From the NCBI GenBank assembly GCA_963708135.1, contig OY970192.1, positions 1,120,001-1,184,000 of the forward strand: a DNA stretch of 64,000 nt, read 5' to 3'. Shown here piece after piece: positions 20,887 through 30,234 of this stretch. The notes beneath the pieces are model-generated. The model did no database searches, was not told the DNA's origin, and was given only the letters and a program-made list of their open reading frames with translations. How positions within the stretch are numbered: the first letter of the stretch is position 1; each line of letters opens with the position of its first letter. The position numbers and the translations under genes were made by a program. This stretch comes from an uncultured Gemmatimonadales bacterium (GTDB lineage: Bacteria; Gemmatimonadota; Gemmatimonadetes; Longimicrobiales; RSA9).

Positions 20887-21255
20887 ATGCCCCTGTCCGA
20901 TGAGCAGCGTGCGTATCTCGAGCGACGGCTGGAGGAGGAGCGCGCCAGGGTCCTGGGCGCGCTCAACCGCGGTGTCGCGGAGCACTCGAGGGCGGAGGAG
21001 AGGGAGCGCGCGGGCGACCTGTCGGCGGTGCCGCTGCACCTGGCCGACATCGGGACCGACGCCATCCAGGAGGAGATCGATGCCGCCAACGAGACGCGCG
21101 AATCGAACGAGCTCGCCGAGATCGACGCCGCCCTCGAGCGGCTCCGCCAGGACCCCGAGCGCTTCGGGATCTGCGAGGACAGCGGAGCCGAGATCCCCTT
21201 CGAGCGGCTCAGCCTGATCCCGTGGGCGCGCACCTGCGCCCGGGCTGGCGCCTGA
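20887..21255 (+). CDS. TraR/DksA-family regulator
   Basis: [39 protein letters not shown]. Confidence 0.88.
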   Translation: MPLSDEQRAYLERRLEEERARVLGALNRGVAEHSRAEERERAGDLSAVPLHLADIGTDAIQEEIDAANETRESNELAEIDAALERLRQDPERFGICEDSGAEIPFERLSLIPWARTCARAGA

Positions 21256-21412
21256 CGCCGTCCCCCGTCGTGACACCGCTGGACGCGGCCGCCCTCCCAC
21301 GCGATCTTGGGTCGCCGGAACAGCGACGGGGCGGCCGCGCCGGAGCGCCGGGGCGCATGCCGACGCCCCCGCGGAGCCGCGATCGACACGACAGGGCGCG
21401 ACGGGAGACGGA

Positions 21413-22297
21413 ATGGTGACCGGGACACGGAAGCAGGCGGGAGGGCAGGGAACGGCGCCGCGGGGCGGCCCGCTCCTGTGGGTGCTGGTGCTCGTTGCCA
21501 TCGCGCTCGTCGGCACCATCCTGCTCGCCGCGCACCGCCGGCGGGCGGCGCGCGAGGCGGCCGTCGCGCCGCACGTCCGCACGCCGGTGCCGGCCAGCGT
21601 GATGGCCGATCTCCAGGGCATTCCGGACTCCACCTGGGCGCGCGTCGGGACGGCGCGGGCCGCGCCGCCGACCTTCGTCGGCGATTCCGACCGCGTCGGC
21701 GGCAAGCCGGTGGTGCTCTACATCGGCGCCGGGTACTGCCCCTACTGCGCCGCCGCACGGTGGTCGATGATCGCCGCGCTCTCCCGCTTCGGCACGTTCT
21801 CCGGCCTGACCTACGCCGCGTCCTCCGTCGTGGACGTCTTTCCCGGCACGCCCACCTTCTCCTTCTACGGCGCGCGCTACGCGAGCCCCTACGTCGAGTT
21901 CCAGTCGGTCGAGCTGGAGAGCGACGAGATGCTCGCGAACGGCCGCTACGTGCCCCTGGAGACCCCCACGCTCCGGCAGCAGGCGCTGCTGGAGACGTAC
22001 GACGTCCCGCCCTACGTCCCCACCGGGAGCGCCGGCGGCATCCCCTTCATCCTCGTGGCCGGCTGCTACATGTGGAGCGGCTCCCCGTTCTCGCCCGGCC
22101 TCCTCGCCGACCGGACGCAGGCGGAGATCGCCGCCACGCTGCCCGCCGGCTCCGCCGATGCCGCGCGTGCCATCCTCGCTTACGCCAACGAACTGACGGC
22201 GACGATCTGCGCGAGCGACGGCAACCGGCCGGCCCAGGTCTGCGCGCAGCCCGCCGTGCGCGACGCCATCCGGGCGCTCCCCTCCAGCGCCCCCTGA
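21413..22297 (+). CDS. DUF929-like membrane-anchored thioredoxin-fold protein
   Basis: N-terminal TM helix, [33 protein letters not shown]. Confidence 0.8.
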   Translation: MVTGTRKQAGGQGTAPRGGPLLWVLVLVAIALVGTILLAAHRRRAAREAAVAPHVRTPVPASVMADLQGIPDSTWARVGTARAAPPTFVGDSDRVGGKPVVLYIGAGYCPYCAAARWSMIAALSRFGTFSGLTYAASSVVDVFPGTPTFSFYGARYASPYVEFQSVELESDEMLANGRYVPLETPTLRQQALLETYDVPPYVPTGSAGGIPFILVAGCYMWSGSPFSPGLLADRTQAEIAATLPAGSADAARAILAYANELTATICASDGNRPAQVCAQPAVRDAIRALPSSAP

Positions 22298-22761
22298 TGC
22301 GCCCGCGCTCCCTCGACCGCCTCCGGCTCGCGCTGGCGGCGCTCGGCCTGCTGATCTCCGCCTACCTCACGCTCCTGCACTACGACAGCGCCGTGCCGCT
22401 GGTCTGCGGCCGCGGCGCGCTCGTCGATTGCGAGACCGTGCTCGCGAGCCCCTCGGCGAGCGTGCTGGGCGTGCCCGTCGCCGCGTGGGGACTCGCCTGG
22501 TTCGCCGTCGCGCTCGCGCTCGCCCTGCTCTCGCTGCGCCCCGGCACGCGCGGCGAGTCCCCGCCCCTGCGCGCCGCCGGCCTGGGCTGGACGCTGATCG
22601 GCACTGCCGCCGTGCTCTGGCTGATCTATCAGGAGGTGGGCGTCATCGGCCGCCTCTGCGCCTGGTGCACCGCCGTGCACCTAGTGGTGCTCGCGCTCCT
22701 CGTCCTGCAGGTCCTGCGGGAATCGCCCCGCGCGGCGCCCGCGCAGCTCCGGGAGCCGTGA
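22297..22761 (+). CDS. Vitamin K epoxide reductase (VKOR) family protein
   Basis: ISAYLT, C...DCETVLAS, LGVPVA, CAWC; TGATG overlap with upstream gene. Confidence 0.88.
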   Translation: MRPRSLDRLRLALAALGLLISAYLTLLHYDSAVPLVCGRGALVDCETVLASPSASVLGVPVAAWGLAWFAVALALALLSLRPGTRGESPPLRAAGLGWTLIGTAAVLWLIYQEVGVIGRLCAWCTAVHLVVLALLVLQVLRESPRAAPAQLREP

Positions 22762-22774
22762 GGCTCCGGCCGCG

Positions 22775-23374
22775 TCAGGGCGTGGCGGGCGTGGCGGGCT
22801 CCGGGCGCGCGCCGCCCGGCCCGGTGAAGACGGCCGGGACGCTCAGCTCGAGCGCCGGCGCGGAAGGCGACGGCTGCCAGCGCAGCACGTCCGCGCAGAT
22901 CTCCGGGCCCGCATCCGCAGAGAGCCGCTGGCGCTCGATGCGCCGGCCGTCCGCATCGACCACCCAGTACTCCGGCACCCCGAAATCGCGGTAGCGCGGC
23001 GGCTTCTTCAGCCGGTCGATCCGCTTCGAGCCCGGCGAGAGCACCTCGACCACCAGCGCCGGTGGCGACTCCACGCCCCGGTCCGACAGCTCAGCGTCCG
23101 GCGGCACGAAGACCATGTCCGGGCGCAGGAAATTCCCGGAGACGAACAGCACGTCCACGTCCCACAGCATCTCGCCGAGGCGATGCTCCTCGACGTAGTC
23201 GTCGAGCATCCTGAAGAGCCTCGCCGCGACCCGCTGGTGCGCGATTCCGGGCGCCGGCGTAACGCACAGCTCCCCGTCGATGACCTCGTACCGGTTGCCA
23301 TCGTTCGGCAGGCGGGCATACTCCGCGTAGCTCCACTCCGGGGCGGTTCCCGTCGGCTGCGCCATGGTCGTCAT
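22775..23374 (-). CDS. Uma2-family (DUF820) endonuclease
   Basis: RYEVIDGEL, PD, LVVEVLSPGS, K..RY..GVPEYWVVD. Confidence 0.9.
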   Translation of the reverse strand: MTTMAQPTGTAPEWSYAEYARLPNDGNRYEVIDGELCVTPAPGIAHQRVAARLFRMLDDYVEEHRLGEMLWDVDVLFVSGNFLRPDMVFVPPDAELSDRGVESPPALVVEVLSPGSKRIDRLKKPPRYRDFGVPEYWVVDADGRRIERQRLSADAGPEICADVLRWQPSPSAPALELSVPAVFTGPGGARPEPATPATP

Positions 23375-23566
23375 CCGGTGAAGGTGCGTGTGAGGCCGGG
23401 GCACTCCGATAGCGGCCCGCGACATTCTTCCCTCCAACCATAACCTCGCCCGCCGCGCGGAGGCGAGGGCAGAGGCCGCTACACGCGTCCGGCCCCCGTC
23501 GTTATCTTCTTCACGCGCGGTCGGACCCGGGGAAGCATCGATGCCCCCGGCCCGCAGGAGCACCTC

Positions 23567-23648
23567 GGAGGGTTGGCAGAACGGTAATGCAGCGGTCTTG
23601 AAAACCGCCGGGCGCAAGCCCTTCCGGGTTCGAGTCCCGGGCCCTCCG
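23567..23648 (+). tRNA. tRNA-Ser(TGA)
   Basis: Acceptor GGAGGGT/GCCCTCC, anticodon arm GCGGT-CTTGAAA-ACCGC, long variable arm, T arm CCGGG-TTCGAGT-CCCGG, discriminator G; CCA not encoded. Confidence 0.95.
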
Positions 23649-23881
23649 CTACGAGCAACGACGCGGGTTTCTGGCGATTCGGCAGGAGCTCGCGCCGTTC
23701 GCCTCCCCGCCCCAAGCGGATGCCGGCTGGTCGGGGCCGGGGCGGCCTGCCGGCGCACGGAAACCAGCGGTCGGCGTGGGGCGCCGGCTGCCGGTTCGCT
23801 CACCCGAACCCGGAGTATCGGTAAGACGATGGGCAAGCACCTCGCCCTCCCCGCCTGGGCGAGCGTCGAGGGGCGGGGCTA

Positions 23882-24784
23882 CTAACGGAACCGGTGGAAC
23901 ACGGCGACGCGTAGATTGAAGAGACCGTCCCGAATCCGCCTGCCCCCGCGCCTGACGTAGAGGGGCGTATACAACCCGGTCACGGAAATGAGGCTGCGGG
24001 GGAGGAATCGGTAATCCGCGCCTCCTCTCAAGAAGAAGGTCGATCCGGAGCTCCGGAGCAGGGTCCGGTCGCGTTTCCCGGAATACCGTGCATCGACCTG
24101 GAACTCGTTCCCGAAGTAGTTCCAGCCGAATGCGATGTTGGGCTCGAAGCGCGTGGCCATCGGGAACGCGGCCCCCACCTCGAGGCCGACGGCGCGCAAG
24201 CGCAGCTCGTCGTGGGACACCTGCTCACAGTCGTACGGGTTGCGAACGGAGTCCGCTCCCGCGGCGACCTTCTTTCGGTCGCAGGTGATGTCGCCTTCGA
24301 GGTCGCCGACCTGGCCATGCAAGCGCCCTCCCACCCGCCACCCCTGGTGCGATGCAATCGGACGCCCCAAAGACCAGCTCAGGTGGTCGGGGCGGATTCC
24401 TCCGACGCGAATGGGCGGGATGTATCCAACCCCGAGGGAAAACCGCCCCGGAAGCCCGATCGACACCCGCGCGCGTCCGAACGCGGGGCTGCGATTCACG
24501 TTCTCGTCGTTCATGCCGTTGAAGCCGACCCGGCGCTGCTGCGCGCTCAGCGAGGGGAGCCACCCCGCTTCCAGGCCGATCCGAACGCTCCAGGGCTCGA
24601 CCTCGTGGGCGATCGGCGCCGTCATGAGCAACTCGGACCCCACGAGGCTCATGAGCCAGGCCTCGGGTTGTGTGTGCCCCAAGTCCAGTGTGTCGGAGAT
24701 CAGCTGCCCGGCAAGGGGTGACCCGCCGAGCAGCAGCCAGGCGAAGAAGAGACATGGACCGGGCGTGGAACGCCTTCGTGACAT
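23882..24784 (-). CDS. Exported hypothetical protein, possibly beta-barrel
   Basis: Signal-peptide-like N-terminus, amphipathic strands, lower GC than flanks. Confidence 0.65.
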   Translation of the reverse strand: MSRRRSTPGPCLFFAWLLLGGSPLAGQLISDTLDLGHTQPEAWLMSLVGSELLMTAPIAHEVEPWSVRIGLEAGWLPSLSAQQRRVGFNGMNDENVNRSPAFGRARVSIGLPGRFSLGVGYIPPIRVGGIRPDHLSWSLGRPIASHQGWRVGGRLHGQVGDLEGDITCDRKKVAAGADSVRNPYDCEQVSHDELRLRAVGLEVGAAFPMATRFEPNIAFGWNYFGNEFQVDARYSGKRDRTLLRSSGSTFFLRGGADYRFLPRSLISVTGLYTPLYVRRGGRRIRDGLFNLRVAVFHRFR

Positions 24785-24793
24785 TGGCCTTCC

Positions 24794-25411
24794 TCACGTC
24801 GGGGGACTGAAGAGGAGCTGGAATCGAACGCGCACCAGATCGTCCACATCGATGGTCCCGAGGCCCGCGCTCTGCGGCTCGATGCCGTAGTCCGTCTGTC
24901 TCAGCTGGAACGTCCCCGATAGCGACAGCGTCCCGTCTCCGCGCCGCGCACGGAGAGCCGGCACCTCGATTTCGCGGCTGTGCCCGTGCATCGAGAATCG
25001 GCCGGAGAGGCGGAGCTCGCTCGGGCTCTCACCCTGCACGACGTCGGTCGTGACGAAGCGGATGGTCGGATGTCGGGCGGCATCCAGCGCATCCGGACCG
25101 AGCATCCGTTTCTGGACCTTGCGCACGGTGGCAGCCCCGGGTCCACCTTTCAATTGCGCGATCCTCCTGGCGTCGGCTCTGTCGATCACCAGGGAAGCCA
25201 CAGGAATCGTCAGCGTGAAGGGAGTCCCGGTCCAGTCGGAACCATCCCATTCCGGCTCGACGGACCATTCGGTCGCGAGCACGGCATGCTCGTGGCCGAG
25301 GAAGCCCAGGATCCCGGCCCTGCCGGTGATCGCGAGCAAGTAGGCGTCTGGTTGATCCACTGTCAACCCCTTCCGTGGCGGCTCCCGGACGCGGTAGCGC
25401 ATGCATACCAA
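24794..25411 (-). CDS. YceI-family protein
   Basis: GHEH, IPVASL, LDAARHPTIRF, G.FSMHG, LRQTDYGI. True start may be GTG 25360. Confidence 0.82.
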   Translation of the reverse strand: MVCMRYRVREPPRKGLTVDQPDAYLLAITGRAGILGFLGHEHAVLATEWSVEPEWDGSDWTGTPFTLTIPVASLVIDRADARRIAQLKGGPGAATVRKVQKRMLGPDALDAARHPTIRFVTTDVVQGESPSELRLSGRFSMHGHSREIEVPALRARRGDGTLSLSGTFQLRQTDYGIEPQSAGLGTIDVDDLVRVRFQLLFSPPT

Positions 25412-25636
25412 TCAGTTACCGCCCCGGAATCGTTCCAGGTGCGCAGCCGGGGCTCCCGATTCGCCCAATTCGCGGAATGGACCTGCCTTTCCCCGGTGGA
25501 GGTGGAGGACCGGGCGGGGGAGGGCGCTACTCGTGTGGCGCGGCTCTTCGCCGCGCCGTGCTTGACCCATCCAGACCGGCCTCCTATGCTTGAGGGAGTC
25601 CCCCCCGAGATCCTTCTGTTTCTCCAGTGCCGAGAG

Positions 25637-26248
25637 ATGCTCGTGCGTCTGCCGCCGCATCCCGCCTCGGAGGCCGCCGCGCTCGCCCCTTCCCGCCAGA
25701 AGTCGGCGGCGGTGAGCGACGAGGTGCTGCTCGCGCGCCTCGCGGAGGACGACGCCGGCGCGCTGGAGCTCATCCTCTCACGCCACTGGCCGCTGGTCGT
25801 GGGCTACCTCTCCCGGATGACGGGGGCGGTGGACGCGGCCGAGGACCTGGCGCAGCGGACGTTCTGCCGGCTGTGGGCCCGGCGCGCCGCCTGGCGGCCG
25901 GACGGCTCGCTGCGGGCGCTGCTCTGCCGGGTGGCGCGCAACCTGGCCGTGAGCGAGCACCGGCGGCGCGCGTCGAGGGAGCGGAGCGAGGCGGCGTTCC
26001 TCGAGCTCTCGGCGCCCGGCGAGACGGCGGCCGACCACGCGGCCCGCTACGAGCTCCGCGTCGCCCTCGAGCGCGCGATCGACCGGCTTCCGGAGCGGCG
26101 GCGCGAGATCGTGGTCCTGCGCTGCGTCCACGGGCTGTCCTACCGCGAGATCTCCGATGTCATGGGCATCGCGGAGCAGACGGTGGCGAACCAGCTGAGC
26201 CGGGCGCTGCGCACGCTGCGCACGACTCTCGGCGACGCGCTCGGGTGA
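25637..26248 (+). CDS. ECF sigma-70 factor (FecI-like)
   Basis: DAAEDLAQ..F.RLW, VARNL, LPERRREI..L...GLSYREI. Confidence 0.88.
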   Translation: MLVRLPPHPASEAAALAPSRQKSAAVSDEVLLARLAEDDAGALELILSRHWPLVVGYLSRMTGAVDAAEDLAQRTFCRLWARRAAWRPDGSLRALLCRVARNLAVSEHRRRASRERSEAAFLELSAPGETAADHAARYELRVALERAIDRLPERRREIVVLRCVHGLSYREISDVMGIAEQTVANQLSRALRTLRTTLGDALG

Positions 26249-26289
26249 GCGCGCGCACCCCCCCCCGGCCCCCCCCCGCATAGGATCGC

Positions 26290-26400
26290 GGGCACAAGCC
26301 AACTGCGGCACGACTGACTGCGGCACGACTGACTGCGGCACGATTGACTGCGGCACGACCAACTGCGGCACAAACCAGCTGCGGCACGACCAACTGCGGC
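26290..26400 (+). repeat. Type-A tandem array (~15-bp ACTGCGGCACGAC unit)
   Basis: About 7 units read directly. Confidence 0.9.
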
Positions 26401-26438
26401 CGGAGTCGGGAGGGGGAGTGGCGTCGGTGGGCCGGAGT

Positions 26439-26496
26439 CCCACCGAGCGGCCGGGCTTCGGCCACCGACCCGCGAGCGATCTCCGCCGTCAGGTGG
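26439..26496 (-). pseudogene. Internal fragment of four-helix-bundle gene
   Basis: 26452-26484 matches 51787-51819 at 28/33 nt and translates EIARGSVAEAR versus EIARGSVDETR. Confidence 0.7.
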
Positions 26497-26680
26497 TGTC
26501 GCCTCAGGTGGTGCCGCCTCATGTAAGTGCCGCCTCAAGCAGTGCCGTCTCAAGCCGTGCCCCTCAGGTAAGTGCCGCCTCAAGTAGTGCCGCCTCAAGT
26601 AGTGCCGCCTCAAGCAGTGCCGCCTCAAGCAGTGCCGCCTCAAGCAGTGCCCACCTCGAGCACTGCCCGCCTTCAAGTAG
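26484..26680 (-). repeat. Type-B tandem array (AGTGCCGCCTCAAG on +), inverted relative to the type-A array
   Basis: About 12 degenerate units read directly. Confidence 0.9.
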
Positions 26681-26730
26681 TCGCGGGTGGTCAGGTGGTA
26701 GGAATCGCTCGCGGCGTGCGTGTCATCGGC

Positions 26731-28395
26731 ATGAAACGACGACTGCTCCGCCTCGCCGCCGTGTGCCTGGCCACGGTACCGCTCTTCGGCGCCGTCCGCG
26801 CCGGACCTCCCACCTTCGAGATCTCGTTTGCCGGCGCGGCCCATCCGGGTCCGGTCACGGGCCGGCTCGTGCTCATGATCTCGACGCGGCCCACGCCCGA
26901 GCCGCGCTACCTGGTCTCGGCGCGGGGCCCGGCGGTCTACGGCGTGGACCTCGACCAGCTTCCGCCCGGGCGCTCGGCGACGATCGACGAGCGCACGCTC
27001 GGCGCGCCCGTCTCGCTCGCGGAGCTGCCGCCCGGGGACTATTACGCCCAGGCGGTCCTCAACGTCTACACGCAGCTCCACCGCTCGGACGGCAAGACGA
27101 TCTGGGCGCACATCAACGACGGCTCGGTGGAGTTCTTCTCGACGGCGGCCGGGAACCTCTACAGCGACGTCGTACCCGTCCACATCGGTGATGGGGGCAC
27201 GGTCCGCATCACCATGTCGCACGTGATGCCGGCCGAGCCGGACCCGCCGGACACGAAGTGGCTCCAGCACGTCCGCATCCAGAGCCGCCTGCTCACGGCG
27301 TTCTGGGGCCACCCGGTCTACATCAAGGCGCACGTCCTGCTCCCGCGCGGTTACGCGGAGCACCCAAACACCTACTATCCGAGCATCTACACGCTCGGGC
27401 ACGGGAGCGCGCCGCTCTCCTTCACCACGACGCCGCCAAAGCCGGGCGCGCCGACGGGGGTGAGCCCGGTGACCGGCCTCGAGCCCGGGTACGAGACGTA
27501 CCTGAAGTGGAGCGCGGACGGCTACCCACGCGTCATCTGCATCAGCCTCGAGCAGCAGACGCCCTACTTCCCCGACTCGTACTCGGTGAACTCGGCGAAC
27601 AACGGTCCCTACGGGGATGCCTTCGTCCAGGAGGTGGTCCCCTATCTCGAGAAGCACTTCCGGATCATCGGCAAGCCGTACGCGCGCCAGCTCGAGGGTG
27701 CCTCCACGAGCGGGTGGCAGTCGCTCGCGCTGCAGCTCCGGCACCCCGCCTTCTTCGGCGGCGCGTGGATCTTCCAGCCGGACCCGATCGACTTCACGCG
27801 CTACCAGACGACCGACATCTACGCGGACACGAACGCCTTCTCCGTCCCCAACGGCGAGTTCTTCCCGGCCGTGCGCTACTTCCAGCGCACCACGGAAGGG
27901 CAGGGCGTGATCACGACGCGCCAGCTCAGCCGGCTCGAGGCGGTGCTCGGCTCGCACGGCCGCTCCGGCTACCAGCTCGAGGCGTGGGAGGCGATCTACG
28001 GCCCCGTGGGCGAGGACGGCTACCCCGTGCCGCTCTGGGACAAGCTCACCGGCCACATCGACCACGACGTCGCGCGCTACATGCGCGAGCACGGCTACGA
28101 CCTGACCGCCTACGCGCGGGAGCACTGGCCATCGATCGGCCACGACCTCGTGGGGAAGCTCCACTTCTCGGCCGGCGACATGGACAACTACTGGCTGAAT
28201 CTCGGCGTTTACCGCTTCGAGGACTTCCTGAAGGGAACGGCGAACCCGCACTACGAGGGAGACTTCACCTACGGGCGGCCCATGAAGGGGCACGCCTGGC
28301 ACTCACAGCCGTGGGCGGCCTTCATCCGGCGCGTGGCGGAGCGGATCGAGAGCTCCGCGCCGGCGGGCGAGGACGTGGCCCGGTGGCACTACTGA
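26731..28395 (+). CDS. Exported alpha/beta-hydrolase (putative esterase)
   Basis: Signal peptide, HVLLPRGY, NSANNGPYGD, GASTSG nucleophile elbow, GDMDNY, GH.W. Confidence 0.8.
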   Translation: MKRRLLRLAAVCLATVPLFGAVRAGPPTFEISFAGAAHPGPVTGRLVLMISTRPTPEPRYLVSARGPAVYGVDLDQLPPGRSATIDERTLGAPVSLAELPPGDYYAQAVLNVYTQLHRSDGKTIWAHINDGSVEFFSTAAGNLYSDVVPVHIGDGGTVRITMSHVMPAEPDPPDTKWLQHVRIQSRLLTAFWGHPVYIKAHVLLPRGYAEHPNTYYPSIYTLGHGSAPLSFTTTPPKPGAPTGVSPVTGLEPGYETYLKWSADGYPRVICISLEQQTPYFPDSYSVNSANNGPYGDAFVQEVVPYLEKHFRIIGKPYARQLEGASTSGWQSLALQLRHPAFFGGAWIFQPDPIDFTRYQTTDIYADTNAFSVPNGEFFPAVRYFQRTTEGQGVITTRQLSRLEAVLGSHGRSGYQLEAWEAIYGPVGEDGYPVPLWDKLTGHIDHDVARYMREHGYDLTAYAREHWPSIGHDLVGKLHFSAGDMDNYWLNLGVYRFEDFLKGTANPHYEGDFTYGRPMKGHAWHSQPWAAFIRRVAERIESSAPAGEDVARWHY

Positions 28396-28405
28396 GAGAG
28401 ACGCC

Positions 28406-29161
28406 ATGAGCTCCGACCTCGAGCGCGACGTGCGCTGGCTGAAGCGCTACGCGGCGGTCACCACCGCCGCCATCGTAATCCTCTCGGCGGGCGCGTTCAC
28501 CCGCTCCGAGCAGCACCAGAAGTTCGACGAGATCGACGTGCAGCGCATCAACGTGGTGGAGCCGGACGGCCGCTATCGGCTGGTGATCTCCAACCGCGCG
28601 AAGTCGATCGGGCCGATCTACAAGGGGAAGCCGTTCGGCTACCCGGGCGGCAGCCGGCCCGGGCTGATCTTCTTCAACGACGAGGGCACCGAGAACGGCG
28701 GCCTCACCTTCACCGGCCGCCAGCGGCCGGATGGCACCTACGCGGCCTCCACCCACATGTCGTTCGACCAGTTCGACTCGGACCAGGTGCTGAACCTGGA
28801 CTACGCCGACAACAACGGCCGCCGCCTCGTGGGGTTCTCCGTCAACGACCGGGCGAACGTCAACATCCACGACCTCGTGGTGGAGCGCGACTCGATCATG
28901 AGCATCGCCGACACGGTGGCGCGCGCCGCCGCGCTGCGCCGCTGGGCCGGGCCCCGGAACGGCGTGCCGCTCGTCGCCCAGCGCGTCTTCGTCGGCCGCA
29001 ACCCCTCGAAGGCGGCGGTCGTGAACCTGTCGGACCCGGACGGACACCCGCGCCTGCGGCTGAGCGTCAACTCCCTCGGAACGCCGCGCCTGGAGTTCCT
29101 CGATTCGGCGGGCCACGTGCGCTACAGCCTCCCCGACGAGCGCGAGCCCGGGCACCGATGA
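28406..29161 (+). CDS. Membrane-anchored hypothetical protein (paralog of 34932-35681)
   Basis: LKRYA + TM, IDVQRINVVEPDG, IFFNDEGTENGGL, LSDPDGHPRLRL. Confidence 0.8.
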   Translation: MSSDLERDVRWLKRYAAVTTAAIVILSAGAFTRSEQHQKFDEIDVQRINVVEPDGRYRLVISNRAKSIGPIYKGKPFGYPGGSRPGLIFFNDEGTENGGLTFTGRQRPDGTYAASTHMSFDQFDSDQVLNLDYADNNGRRLVGFSVNDRANVNIHDLVVERDSIMSIADTVARAAALRRWAGPRNGVPLVAQRVFVGRNPSKAAVVNLSDPDGHPRLRLSVNSLGTPRLEFLDSAGHVRYSLPDEREPGHR

Positions 29162-30162
29162 GCTTCCTCCGATTCCGCCGGCGCCGGCCGGCCGCGCTCG
29201 AGGCGCTGATCGAGCGCGCCGTTCGCGGCGAGGCGGGCGAGGCCGAGCTGCGCGAGCTCGAGCACTGGCGCGAGGCGTCGCTTGCCAACGAGCAGACGTA
29301 CCGGCGCACGGTCGAGCTTCTCGCCGCGCTGCGCGGGCTCGAGGCCGTCCGGACCAGCGCGGCGCCGCCGGCGGAGACGCTCCTCTCGGAGCGGGCGGCG
29401 GCACCGGCGGGAGCCGCTCCCGGGCACCGGGCGTGGCGTTGGGCGGCGGCCGCCGTGGTGGTCGTCGGGCTCGGCGTGGCCGCCGCGCACTTCGGGCCGG
29501 CGCCGTCGGGCCCGCCGCGGCCGCCGGAAGGCGCGGGCGCGTGGGGCTACATCACCGGCCCATGGGAGATGGCGACGGTGCACCTACCGGATGGCTCCAT
29601 GGTCCGGCTCGCGCCATCGACGCGGCTGCGGTTCGTCGGCAGCGACAGTGCGCGCGAGGCGACGCTCGAGGGGCGGGCGTTCTTCGAGGTGGCGCACGAC
29701 CCGGCGCACCCGTTCTACGTGCACACGCGCTTCGGCGAGGCGCGCGTGCTGGGCACGCGCTTCGAGCTGACGATGGAGCGCGGCGAGGTGCGGCTCGTCG
29801 TCGCCTCGGGGCGGGTTCGTCTCTCGGGCCGCGCGAGCCGCGTCGAGGTGGCGGCGGGGGAGGCGAGCGAGGTGCGGAAGGGGAAGGCTCTCCACCCGCG
29901 CCACATCGCCGATCCGGCCCGGATGGACGCCTGGGTCGGGAAATATCTCGCCTTCCAGTCGACCCCGATGCCGGAGGTGCTGCGCCAGATCTCCGACGTC
30001 TACGGCGTCCGCGCGGTGGCCACGGATTCGGTCGTGGCCGCGCGCACCGTCACCGGCTCGTTCGCCGATCAGGACCTGGCCCACGTCCTCGACGTGGTCT
30101 GCGCGATCGTCGAGGCCCGGTGCGAGACGCGCGGCGCGACGATCCTGGTCTCGAGCCGCTAG
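29158..30162 (+). CDS. FecR-family anti-sigma factor
   Basis: LPDGSMVRL, LEGRAFFEVAHD, RVLGTRF, central TM helix. Confidence 0.9.
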   Translation: MSFLRFRRRRPAALEALIERAVRGEAGEAELRELEHWREASLANEQTYRRTVELLAALRGLEAVRTSAAPPAETLLSERAAAPAGAAPGHRAWRWAAAAVVVVGLGVAAAHFGPAPSGPPRPPEGAGAWGYITGPWEMATVHLPDGSMVRLAPSTRLRFVGSDSAREATLEGRAFFEVAHDPAHPFYVHTRFGEARVLGTRFELTMERGEVRLVVASGRVRLSGRASRVEVAAGEASEVRKGKALHPRHIADPARMDAWVGKYLAFQSTPMPEVLRQISDVYGVRAVATDSVVAARTVTGSFADQDLAHVLDVVCAIVEARCETRGATILVSSR

Positions 30163-30234
30163 CGCAGTGATTCCGGGGCACCCGGTGCCCCGTCCGCACC
30201 CGCGATCCCTACTCGACTCGCGAGGAGCCTGGCC

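Noticed and set aside
22775..23374. Uma2 nuclease as the mobilising enzyme or a defence system
   Set aside because: Common stand-alone family, not adjacent to arrays or partner genes.
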